DNA of 64,000 nt, taken from NCBI GenBank assembly GCA_963829055.1, contig CAWHHI010000020.1:544001-608000 (forward strand), in the 5' to 3' direction. Below the pieces are notes generated by a model. It was not told where the DNA came from. It searched no databases and saw only the letters and a program-made list of their open reading frames with translations. The DNA comes from an uncultured Gemmatimonadaceae bacterium. Lineage in GTDB: Bacteria > Gemmatimonadota > Gemmatimonadetes > Gemmatimonadales > Gemmatimonadaceae. Below, piece by piece: positions 29,182-38,456 of this stretch. Position 1 is the first letter of the stretch. Every line of letters starts with the position of its first letter. Both the position numbers and the translations under genes were made by a program.

Positions 29182-29739
29182 ATGTCGAGCGTGATGCGGG
29201 CCGATCCCGTATCGCAGGCACTCGAGTCAGTGATGACCCGCTACTCGGGCGTGCTCCGAACGGTCGGGGCGCGCTACCGGCTACCCAGTGCCGACCTCGA
29301 CGAGCTGGCCCAGGAGGTCCGGGTGCGATTGTGGGGCGCGCTCAACTCAGATGAGAGGATCGACGCCGTAAGTCCGTCCTATCTCTACAGGGCGGCGACG
29401 ACGGCAGCGATCGACATCGTGCGGCGGCGGCGTTCGTCCCGGGGCGATTCGCTCGAATTGGTGGACGACGCCGAGTTGAGTCAGCGGCGAGCGCCGCGGA
29501 CGCCGGATCATGACGCGTCGATGAAGGAGCTGGGCGAGCAGGTGGAAGCGGCATTGCAGTCGATCGCGCCGTCGCGGCGCCCGGTGGTTCGGATGTATCT
29601 CGCCGGCTACGGCACGACCGAGATCGGCGAGTTGTTAGGGTGGACGGAGGCGAAGGCGAGGAATCTCGTCTATCGCGGGTTGGCTGATCTTCGCTCACGG
29701 CTTCGCGCCATGGGCATCGAAGGCGGGGGAGACACTTGA
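29182..29739 (+). CDS. ECF RNA polymerase sigma factor
   Basis: DLDELAQEVRVRLW, SYLYRAATTAAIDIVRR (region 2); EIGELLGWTEAKARNLVYRGLADLR (region 4). Confidence 0.9.
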   Translation: MSSVMRADPVSQALESVMTRYSGVLRTVGARYRLPSADLDELAQEVRVRLWGALNSDERIDAVSPSYLYRAATTAAIDIVRRRRSSRGDSLELVDDAELSQRRAPRTPDHDASMKELGEQVEAALQSIAPSRRPVVRMYLAGYGTTEIGELLGWTEAKARNLVYRGLADLRSRLRAMGIEGGGDT

Positions 29740-30365
29740 TGCACTCGAACGACGAGCAGCTTCGCCTCGCCTACGGCGCCTCACTCGCGAGTGGGGGGGG
29801 CAGACGGTCGCACGCGACACCTGAAGCGCTACTGGCACTGGCCGAGCGCTCCGGGAGCGAAGCGTCGCGGCTCGAGGTGCTCGATCACGTGATGGCCTGC
29901 GACGCCTGTCGTCGCGAGCTCGATCTCGTGCGCGCCTCTATCGCCGCGGCCGGGGTACCGCGCCAGCGTACGTGGTTTCGGTCGCCGTCCATAGGGCTGA
30001 TGGCCCTCGCCGCGACGCTGCTGATCGTCGCCGGCGTGCGGATGTATGTCGTGTCGCAAGAGCCGGATGCGGGATCGCTCATGCGCGGTGGGTCCGGCGT
30101 GTCGACGTATCCGGTGCGGTGGCTGCCGTCCGTTGGTGCCGGGCTGGCGTGGCGCCCGACTGCGGGCGCAGCAAGCTATCGGCTCGAAGTCGTCGACGAA
30201 GCAGGCGTTGCCGTCGTCGATTCGACGATGCGCGACACCACGTTCCTCGTGCCGGTTTCCGCGTTGCGCGACCGCCGCGGACTTTTGTGGTCGGTGACCA
30301 CGACGCTTTCCGACGGATCGACGGTGACTTCCCTCCCCGTTCCTCTCGTCTCGCCGGCACGGTAG
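29739..30365 (+). CDS. Zinc-finger (zf-HC2/ZAS) transmembrane anti-sigma factor
   Basis: HATPEAL...DHVMACDACRRE, one TM helix, extracytoplasmic beta-rich domain; TGATG coupling to the sigma gene. Confidence 0.85.
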   Translation: MHSNDEQLRLAYGASLASGGGRRSHATPEALLALAERSGSEASRLEVLDHVMACDACRRELDLVRASIAAAGVPRQRTWFRSPSIGLMALAATLLIVAGVRMYVVSQEPDAGSLMRGGSGVSTYPVRWLPSVGAGLAWRPTAGAASYRLEVVDEAGVAVVDSTMRDTTFLVPVSALRDRRGLLWSVTTTLSDGSTVTSLPVPLVSPAR

Positions 30366-30476
30366 AACTCGCAGCAGCACGAGCGTGAGGCGCCACGACG
30401 CATGTCGCGTCGTGGCGCCTTCCACATCGCCTGAGTTTGCCGCTCGGCAGCAAACTTGCGCACGCTGCTCGCCGCA

Positions 30477-32154
30477 ATGACCACTCGGCCTCGCATCGCC
30501 ACCAACGCCATGCGCGCGTTCATCCTGCTCTTTGGCGCGGGGGCCCTCTGGCTCGCCCGCGATGGGATGAACGCCGACGGCATCGCGTACCTGGACGCCA
30601 GCGACGTCTATCTCGCGGGCGGATGGCCCGCGTCGGGCAGCGGGTACTGGAGCCCACTCTATCCGACGCTCCTCGCGATTGCACGATTCGTAGGAGGCAC
30701 AGCGCCCGATCGCGAGCTCGCAATCACGCAGGCCGTGAACTTCGCGGTCTTCATTCTCGCGTTTGCGGCCCTCGAGTTTCTGATCCGCAGCGTCCGAGCC
30801 GCGACGCTGGCGCGGCAGCCCGCGGGCGAGCCACCTAACGATTTCACCTGGCGCGTCCTCGTCTACGCGCTGTTCGTCATCGCGACCATCGGCTGGATCC
30901 GCGTGTGGATCCTGACGCCGGACATGTGTGTCGCCGCGATCGTCTTCGCGGTGGCCGGTGTGAGCGTCCGCATCGCGAGCGGACGCGCCGGCCGGGCAAG
31001 CTCCATCGGCCTCGGCGCGCTCCTCGCGCTGGGCTACCTGGCCAAGGCGGTGCTCTTTCCGTTCGGCATTTTCGTGGTCGCGACGCTCGCGATCATGCTT
31101 CGCCGGAAACGGCAGCTCGGCCGAGTCGCCATCGCGGCGCTCGTGTTCCTCGTCGGCTCGGCGCCGCAGATCGTATACGCGTCGCGTCTCAAGGGTGCGC
31201 CCACGTTCAGCGACGTTGGACGACTCACGTACCTCTGGTTCGTCGCCGATGTGCCCGGCCCGGTGTCGTCGGCCTTTCCCCTGCCCGCCCGACTGCCGTC
31301 ACCGTCAGCGACGCACCAGACCCTCGCGCGGCTGGACCGGACCAGCGGAGTTCATCCCGCCGTGTACGACATCGACGCCCCCATCCCCGGCACGCTACCG
31401 ATCTGGTACGACGCGGGCCACTGGTACCGCGGCGTAGTCGCGCCGTTGCTCCCCATCGCGGTGATCCGGAGCGCTCGTTAGGCACGCGCGGGTGTACCTG
31501 GAGATGTTCGGGCTGCTGGTCGCCGGCGCGCTGGCGGCGGCGTTCACCCGCCGCGTGACCTGGCGCGAGACAATCGCCATGAGGCCTCTCCTCATCCTCG
31601 TCATTCCCGCAGTCGCGGTCCTCGCCGCGTATGCGCTCATGTTGGTGCAGGACCGCTACGTCGCCCCATTCGCGCTGCTCCTGTTCGCCGGTCTCGTACC
31701 GCCGTGGGCAACGGATGACCTCTCGCGCCGCGTGCGGGTCGGCCTGGCGACGGGCGCGCTCGTCGCCGTCGCACTCGTCCTCCACCAGGCCCGCGTCGAT
31801 GCCACTTACTGGCGCGGTTCGGCACGCTCACGCGCGAACGTCGTCGCCGCACTCGAGGCCCGAGGCATCCGACCGGGTTCGCGCGTCGGCTTCATCGGCG
31901 AGGCGTACGACGCGCTCTGGGCGCGCCAGGCACGCCTGCGATTCGTGTCACTCGTCCCGCTCGCGGAGGCCGAGCGGTTCTGGGAGCTGGATGCGGCGGG
32001 ACGAGCCGCGGTGCTTGCACACATGCGCGACCAGGGCGCCACGGCCATCGTCGCCGAGTCGCCGGCGCTGGGCGTGAACATCGAGGGATGGGAGCGACTG
32101 CCGTCCGCCGGCGTTCCGCGCTCGGAGCTCATCGTGTACGTCGGATTGCGCTAG
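30477..32154 (+). CDS. Polytopic membrane protein, possibly GT-C glycosyltransferase-like (frameshift near 31475)
   Basis: Two adjoining hydrophobic ORFs; DGIAYLD, GYWSPLYP and LGYLAKA motifs. Confidence 0.6.
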
Positions 32155-32162
32155 TATTGCGC

Positions 32163-32801
32163 ATGTCCTTCGATCAGCTCGTGAGCCTCGCGGTTGCCAA
32201 CCGCTGGGAAGTCCTCGCCGTGGTGTTCGGCATCGTGAGCGTGTACCTGAGCACGCGCGAGCACATCTGGAGCTGGCCCACCGCGCTCGTGAACGTCGGG
32301 CTGTACTTCGTCGTGTTCTATGAGGCGAAGCTGTACGCGGACATGGGGCTCCAGGTCGTGTACTTCGGGCTCTCGCTCTATGGCTGGTACGAATGGCTGT
32401 ACGGCGGCGCCAACCGCACGGAGCTCCACGTCTCGCGCACCACACGACCGCTCGGCGTTAGGCTCCTGATCATCGGCATCGTCTGCGCGGCGGTGCTCGG
32501 CACCCTGCTCGCCCGCTTCACCGATGCTGCGCTGCCGTACGTCGATTCGGCCACCACGAGCACGAGCCTCGTCGCGCAGTGGATGATGACGCGGAAGATT
32601 CTGGAGAACTGGGCGGTCTGGATGGCGGTAGACGTCGTCTACGTCGGGATGTTCATCTACAAGCACCTCTACCTCACCGCCGGACTGTACACGGTGTTCT
32701 TCGTGCTCGCCGTGATGGGGTATGTGCAGTGGAAGCGGTCCCTGGCGGAAAGACGGGAATCGGGAACGGGGAACCGGGAACTGGAAATCAGCCGCGTGTG
32801 A
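32163..32801 (+). CDS. pnuC: Nicotinamide riboside transporter PnuC
   Basis: IWSWPTAL, LYADMGLQVVY, YGWYEW, PYVDSATT, AQWMMTRKILENW. Confidence 0.92.
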   Translation: MSFDQLVSLAVANRWEVLAVVFGIVSVYLSTREHIWSWPTALVNVGLYFVVFYEAKLYADMGLQVVYFGLSLYGWYEWLYGGANRTELHVSRTTRPLGVRLLIIGIVCAAVLGTLLARFTDAALPYVDSATTSTSLVAQWMMTRKILENWAVWMAVDVVYVGMFIYKHLYLTAGLYTVFFVLAVMGYVQWKRSLAERRESGTGNRELEISRV

Positions 32802-33361
32802 GCGGCTCGCACACCGGCCATCGTGCGGTTCCCGTTGTCGTGGTGACGGGGTCTGAATCGACGGGCAAGACCACGCTCGCGGGCGATCTCGCGCGTCATT
32901 TCGGCACGGTGTGGGTGCCAGAGTACTCTCGCACCTATCTCGACGAGAAGACGGCGGCGACAGGGATGCCGCTCGATGCGAACGACGTCGAGCCGATAGC
33001 GCGCGGGCAGATCGCGGCTGAAGATCGCGGCATCACACAGGCGCACGGCCTGCTCGTTCTCGACACCGATCTCGTGAGCACCACCGTGTATGCTCGTCAC
33101 TACTACGGGAGTTGCCCGGCGTGGATCGATCAGGCCGCGCGCGAGCGTCGCGGCGATCTCTACCTGCTCTGTGACATCGACGTCCCATGGGTGCCTGACG
33201 AGGCGCGCGATCGCCCGCATGAACGCGCGCACATGCACGGACTGTTCGTCGGTGCGCTGGAGACGTTAGGCGCGCGGTACATCACCGTTCGCGGCTCGTG
33301 GGCGGAGCGCCGAGCGGCCGCGATCGCGGCGACGACGGCGCTCCTCGCCGGCAGTCAGTAG
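32798..33361 (+). CDS. NadR-like ribosylnicotinamide kinase domain protein (AAA_28)
   Basis: TGSESTGKTTLA P-loop, VPEYSRTY, LDTD, DVPWVPD; GTGA-coupled to pnuC. Confidence 0.88.
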   Translation: MSGSHTGHRAVPVVVVTGSESTGKTTLAGDLARHFGTVWVPEYSRTYLDEKTAATGMPLDANDVEPIARGQIAAEDRGITQAHGLLVLDTDLVSTTVYARHYYGSCPAWIDQAARERRGDLYLLCDIDVPWVPDEARDRPHERAHMHGLFVGALETLGARYITVRGSWAERRAAAIAATTALLAGSQ

Positions 33362-33927
33362 CGAAGCACGTTCGTGCAGCTGACGGTGCCCTTCACGGCG
33401 ACGCCGGGCTGCGGCTGGAGGTCGAGCACTACGCGCGCGTCCTTCCCGTGGTCCTCGAGACGAACGGTTCCGCTACCTCCCTTGCGGCCACTCGTGGGGT
33501 TCGACCCGGACATGTAGAACGTGCCGTTCTTCGTGTCCATCACGGGACCGAATGAAAGAGACGCCTCGTAGTCGGCCGCCGGCGCAGGGCCTGTTCCGCT
33601 CGCGTCACGAATGCTCACGACGACGAATGTGAGCGCCCTGGGGTCTTTCGACCGAGCATCCGATTCCGGGATGCCGAAGTTCACGGAGAACTTCTTCGGC
33701 TTGCCGGCGCGTTCGGAGATCATGCATCCGACATCGGGCGGTGAGGCGAGTGTGTAGCTGCCGGCGTGTGGCCCGCCAATGACCTCGACGGTTGCCGTGC
33801 TCGAACGTCCCTGCGCGTGGAGATCGAGAACGCCGAAGACACAGAGCGCGGCGACACCCAGAGAATAATGCAAGCGAGACATCGAGTTCCTCGGTGAATG
33901 ACAGAGTCGGTTGGTCGTGGCGATCAT
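33355..33927 (-). CDS. Exported hypothetical protein, paralog of 37747-38322 (start may be 33882)
   Basis: Signal-like MSRLHYSLGVAALCVFGVLDLHAQ; two Cys; aligns by eye with the 37747 protein. Confidence 0.7.
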   Translation of the reverse strand: MIATTNRLCHSPRNSMSRLHYSLGVAALCVFGVLDLHAQGRSSTATVEVIGGPHAGSYTLASPPDVGCMISERAGKPKKFSVNFGIPESDARSKDPRALTFVVVSIRDASGTGPAPAADYEASLSFGPVMDTKNGTFYMSGSNPTSGRKGGSGTVRLEDHGKDARVVLDLQPQPGVAVKGTVSCTNVLRY

Positions 33928-34593
33928 GGCGCGGGTCGCTTCGCGGCACTCGCGGGCGGCACCGGCAGCGGCGCGGCCACCACCTTCTCCACCATGTTGG
34001 CGATGGCGGACTGCAGCGCCTTGCCTAACGGCGAATTGAGGAACGCCTGCGTGCTCCCCAGATCCCAGGCGCCGAGTGAGGTCCAGGCGGTGCCGGAGAA
34101 CTTGTTGTTCGTTTCCTTGCCGGTACTTCGCAGGCTGGCGATCTGCTCACCGCTGGCGACGTCGTAGAGCTCTCCCTGCAACGTGACGTTGGCCGTCACG
34201 GATCGGACGCCGACGTTGAGCGCCGTGCCGCGGATGCGTGGGAGCCAGCCACTCCTGGTCGACTCGTCCACACGCGCTTCCAGCACGGTGCCGACGAAGA
34301 CCACGTCCACTTTCTGCTGTCGACCGATCGCGACCGCCCGTGGCGCGATCCAGTTCCTCGATGCGCATGGCGGGATCGACGGTCAGGACGCGCGCCTCCA
34401 TCGCGGTGGCGTGCGCGACCTGGTCGTGCATCGTTAGGCTGACCGCCGGTCCGACAGCGCTGTTCCCGGAAGCCGTGGCGTCGCGGAACGGCAGGATGCC
34501 GAGCGTGATCGGTGCCGACCGGTGGCCTGCCGGGAGGCTCGTCATGGCGAGCACGGACAACGGCGCGATCCAGCGCCAGAGCATTGCGGTCAT
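33924..34593 (-). CDS. CsgG/TolB-N-like exported protein (frameshift near 34340)
   Basis: Signal peptide, ITLGILPFRD, AIGRQQKVDVVFVGTV, LYDVASGEQI, PLGKALQSAI; ATGA overlap with the upstream gene. Confidence 0.65.
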
Positions 34594-35501
34594 GGCTTCC
34601 CTCCTCCGAGAAGAACGCTCTGGGCGCCCGCGGGATCGTTGTTCACGCGCGCCGGATTCACCAACACGTAGCCCTTGGCTGTCTCGAGCGATCCCGCCTC
34701 GACCATTTTCGATCCAGAGCCATTGTTGAGCTCCAGGTAGCCCCCTCCCTTTCTGCTCCACAGTTGCGCGAGTGTCTTCCCCTGGTCACTCGAGAGTCCG
34801 AACCACCCGCTGGCGCCATTGCCCTGCGCGCCCATCCAGGCTTTCGCCTGGCCGACGGACGCAACCACATTCGATGTTTTTGCGTTCGCCACCATCGAGA
34901 TGCGATTGGCCCCCCCGAAGTACAGAACGACGCCGATGTCATCAGTCATGCCGGCACCGAGCACGATGTGGTTGCCCTCCGGATTGCCGACCACGACGCG
35001 ACCCGCCGAGGCCGAGCCCTGCTCCACGCGAAACAGCGACTGTCCGTCGCCATCTACCACGACGAACGGTGCCCGCACGACGCGCGCGCCATTGGCTTTC
35101 GCGTTGCCGACCGCTTTCAATTGCGCCTGTGCCGCCTTCACGGCGGCGAGCGACTTCTCCGTGTTCGCGAGCGCCTTCTGCGTCGCATCCAGCTGTTGTT
35201 GCGTCGTGCCGAGCGACTTGGCCATGCGCGCGATGACGTCCTGCATCTTGAGCATGTTCTCGCTCATGAGATCGACCTCGTCGAGGTCCGCCGCGCGTCC
35301 CTGCTCGAGCTCCGTGACGCGGAGCGACAGCTTCTGCACGATGACCTGGAGCTTCACCAGATCGGCGGCCGCGGCAGGAGGCTTGACCTTTGCCGGCGCA
35401 GGCGCCTTTGCCGGGCCCTGTGCCTGGACGACGCTCGGAACCAGGGCGATTCCGCTCAGCGCGAACAATCCAATCCATCGGAGGTGTGACATAGCATCCA
35501 T
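34590..35501 (-). CDS. Exported coiled-coil protein with Gly-rich beta-repeat C-terminus
   Basis: Signal peptide, heptad-like region LQVIVQKLSLRVTELEQ...LAAVKAAQAQLKA, then APFVVVDGDGQSLFRV and short beta strands. Confidence 0.7.
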   Translation of the reverse strand: MDAMSHLRWIGLFALSGIALVPSVVQAQGPAKAPAPAKVKPPAAAADLVKLQVIVQKLSLRVTELEQGRAADLDEVDLMSENMLKMQDVIARMAKSLGTTQQQLDATQKALANTEKSLAAVKAAQAQLKAVGNAKANGARVVRAPFVVVDGDGQSLFRVEQGSASAGRVVVGNPEGNHIVLGAGMTDDIGVVLYFGGANRISMVANAKTSNVVASVGQAKAWMGAQGNGASGWFGLSSDQGKTLAQLWSRKGGGYLELNNGSGSKMVEAGSLETAKGYVLVNPARVNNDPAGAQSVLLGGGKP

Positions 35502-35544
35502 TCAGCGTTAGGGTCGGCGTTAGGAGAACTGCGTTTCGTCTGAT

Positions 35545-36639
35545 TCAGAGCCTGGCGGCGGCCAGGCGGGCGAGCTTTACGGCCGCGCCGGCGCCCGCGC
35601 CCGACATGCCGTACTGCACGGCGATCATCCGATCGCCCTTCACGAAGTAGAAAGTCCCGTCGGTACCACTCGATGCCTCGTCCCACGGGCCGTCCAGCGT
35701 GTCGGCCGCCGTCTGGTTCGAGAGCACGCGCCCGACGAACTGCGTCGCCCCGGCGAGCATCTTGAACGACGCAACACCATCGCTCCACGTCGGCGTCAGG
35801 ATCAGCGCGCGATGCTTGCCGAGGTAGTACGTGCAGCTCGCACCGTCGCCTCGGGCGAGTATGCTCGACTCCCGCGAGCGGTACGGACTCACGACGAGCG
35901 CCCCGAGCACGGTCGTCGCTTCACCTGGCGTGACGAGCGCGCAGGGATCATGGCCCGTCGCGGCGACGTCGGGGTCGCCCTTCATCTGCGTGAAAGGCAG
36001 ATCCGGGATGCCATCGACAAGACGCTTCGCCAGACTGTCGAGGCGCGCCCTGCCTAACCACGGAGCCTGGTCGCCCATCATGATCGAGATGTGCCCCTGC
36101 CGAGCTCCGTAGATCCCGGACACGCCCCCAGCCCAATCCAGTCCACCCTCGGACGCGGCTTCGCCCGGCGATGTCTTCGCCATCTGGGCCTCACCCAGTC
36201 CCGGGAGCTGCGCACCGAGTCCGGTCTCGAGCGTCAATCCGCCGTCGATGATGACCTCGACGGCCAACGCATACGGCTCGCCACCTAACGCGACGCGCGG
36301 CTGATAGAGGCACCCGTTCCCGTCGGGCGCGGGGTCCGCCCGCTCGGCGCCAACGATTCGCACCGGGTCCGCGGCCAGCGGACCGAGGACTCGCTCGACG
36401 CTATCGCGTGGAAGCCAGGCGCACGGATCGTGTGCGACGAGCTGCACCCGCGTCGACGGTAGTGCTGCGGATTGCGCCGCCATCGCGGCGGACGTCGATG
36501 CTTCCGCGCCGCGCGCGTCTGACCGCCCGCATGCCGCGCTGACCAGGCATACGGTCACGTACGCCATATGCCACGGACGACGCACGCGGTGCAACAGTGA
36601 TCGTTCCATGCTCTGCCTCGTTAGGTCCAGGGAGCTCAT
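35545..36639 (-). CDS. Probable lipoprotein with two tandem DPC...CxY (DUF3558-like) domains
   Basis: VSAAC lipobox; HDPCAWLPRDSVERVLG...GCLY and HDPCALVTPGEATTVLG...SCTY. Confidence 0.7.
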   Translation of the reverse strand: MSSLDLTRQSMERSLLHRVRRPWHMAYVTVCLVSAACGRSDARGAEASTSAAMAAQSAALPSTRVQLVAHDPCAWLPRDSVERVLGPLAADPVRIVGAERADPAPDGNGCLYQPRVALGGEPYALAVEVIIDGGLTLETGLGAQLPGLGEAQMAKTSPGEAASEGGLDWAGGVSGIYGARQGHISIMMGDQAPWLGRARLDSLAKRLVDGIPDLPFTQMKGDPDVAATGHDPCALVTPGEATTVLGALVVSPYRSRESSILARGDGASCTYYLGKHRALILTPTWSDGVASFKMLAGATQFVGRVLSNQTAADTLDGPWDEASSGTDGTFYFVKGDRMIAVQYGMSGAGAGAAVKLARLAAARL

Positions 36640-37742
36640 CGTGACGCGCCAGCCGGGCAGGGCCGCGTCAGTTCCACGCGGCGGTTGCTCGCACGCCCCT
36701 CGAGCGTCGCGTTCGATTCGCGCGGGCGCGTCGCGCCGCGGCCCACCGCCCGAAGACGCGTCGCCGCCACGCCCAACCGCACCAGCGCCGCTCTCACCGA
36801 CTCCGCGCGGCGGAGCGAGAGCACCTGATTCGCGGACACACCGCCGATGCTGTCCGTGTGCCCCTCGATCACCAGATTCCAGCTGGGGTGCCGGTCGATG
36901 AGCCGCTGCGCGTCGGCGATCGCCTGCTCCGACGCCGGCTCGAGCTCGGCGCTGTTATACGCGAAGTACACCCCGGGAAGCTCGGCTTCACACTTCGCAG
37001 CGAGCGCCGCCTCCACATCGGCTCCCGACGACATCCCGGGGACTTCGACGCGAACGACCTGCAGCACGTCGGAACCGGTGACGATCTTGAGCAGCAGCGG
37101 ATGCGCGCGATCGGCGAGCACCCAGAAGTCGATGTCCACATGCTTCTCGCGGAGCGCGAAGCGCCCGCGCAGCGCGAGCACGGGAACCGACACGCGCACG
37201 CCGTTCACCAGCAGCGGAAACGGCATCGGCGCCGCGGACGCACGCGACAGCGTTCCCTTGAACAGCGCTCGGCTGTTGAAGATCATGCGCGCGATGCCCA
37301 TGGCGGCGAAGCCATCGGGGCCATCGAGCATGGTGTACGCGTATCTGACGTCGCGCCCCGCGCTGACCTCGTCGTACGCCGCGGTCGACAGCGTGAACGC
37401 CGTGTACCCCGGCGTCTCCGACTCGTCGCCGCTGAAGTACACGGTGTTGAGCCTCGGGGCACCAACGAGATCGGCGCGGCGAACGAACCGGTTGAGCTCC
37501 GCCACCTGCTGCTCGCCGCCACGACGCTCGCGGAGATGCCATCGGTACGAGACACCCGCCGACGATGCGTCCTGCACGACGACCACATTCTCCCGATCAC
37601 CTTCGGGAAAGCGCAGCGCGGACACTATCGTCAGCCCCTGAACGAGCGGGATCCGGGCGCGGTCCTGCGCGTACGCGGCTGACGTCGCGGCACTCGAGGC
37701 CAACCCGAGGGTCAGCGTCAGGCGGCTCCATACGTTAGGCAC
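36636..37742 (-). CDS. OmpA-family peptidoglycan-binding domain protein
   Basis: Signal peptide; VYFAYNSAEL, IEGHTDSIG, NQVLSLRRAESV, NRRVEL. Confidence 0.9.
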   Translation of the reverse strand: MPNVWSRLTLTLGLASSAATSAAYAQDRARIPLVQGLTIVSALRFPEGDRENVVVVQDASSAGVSYRWHLRERRGGEQQVAELNRFVRRADLVGAPRLNTVYFSGDESETPGYTAFTLSTAAYDEVSAGRDVRYAYTMLDGPDGFAAMGIARMIFNSRALFKGTLSRASAAPMPFPLLVNGVRVSVPVLALRGRFALREKHVDIDFWVLADRAHPLLLKIVTGSDVLQVVRVEVPGMSSGADVEAALAAKCEAELPGVYFAYNSAELEPASEQAIADAQRLIDRHPSWNLVIEGHTDSIGGVSANQVLSLRRAESVRAALVRLGVAATRLRAVGRGATRPRESNATLEGRASNRRVELTRPCPAGASR

Positions 37743-37746
37743 GAGC

Positions 37747-38322
37747 TCAGCGCTCCTCGATGTTGGCGCAGTCGATCGTCCCGGTCAGCGTCACGCCTTC
37801 GTGCGTCTGCGCGTTGATGAGGAACCGGCCGGTGTCACCCGAGCGACGGACGATGACCGATCCACTTCCATAGAACCGGCCGTCGACGGAGCGCGTGTTC
37901 ACGACGTGCATCGTGCGAGACTGCGGATCCCCGAGATCGCCGAGCGTCGCTTCGAGGTAGAACGTTCTGACGACGCCATCGCTCCGGACGTCGGGAATCT
38001 CCAGCCGGACATGGTTGAGCGTTCTCGGATTCCGTATGCGCGGATCCGACCGCAGGAACCCGAAATCCACGTAGAACTCCCGCGGGCCGCTCCCGCGAAG
38101 CGCGGTGATCCGGCAATCGATCACCATCGACCGCAGCTCCATTGGTGGCGGATTGCTGCCCGAGGCCGGTCGGCCGCCGACCGTGAGACGCGCCACCACA
38201 CCGGAGGCGCGAACGACCTGTGTTGGGCCGGTCGGCACCGTCGCCGCCGCCGAAGCGACGACGGCAGCGAGGACGGCGTACGTGGGAACCGAGCGCGGCG
38301 CGAGTGTTTCGAGCAGGGGCAT
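37747..38322 (-). CDS. Exported hypothetical protein, paralog of 33355-33927
   Basis: Hydrophobic leader; shared C.I...F.V.FG...PR.L...GSG.V...GV...GT..C.N pattern. Confidence 0.7.
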   Translation of the reverse strand: MPLLETLAPRSVPTYAVLAAVVASAAATVPTGPTQVVRASGVVARLTVGGRPASGSNPPPMELRSMVIDCRITALRGSGPREFYVDFGFLRSDPRIRNPRTLNHVRLEIPDVRSDGVVRTFYLEATLGDLGDPQSRTMHVVNTRSVDGRFYGSGSVIVRRSGDTGRFLINAQTHEGVTLTGTIDCANIEER

Positions 38323-38456
38323 GGCCGGATGACCGAGGAGTGCAGCGTGTGTCCCCGAGTCTGGAGCGCCGGCGTTACAGGGCCGTCCGTCTGGCCGTTA
38401 CTTCGCCGAGTAACGGCGCAATGTCCTGCGGTGCGCTATTATGGACGCGCCTTCCT

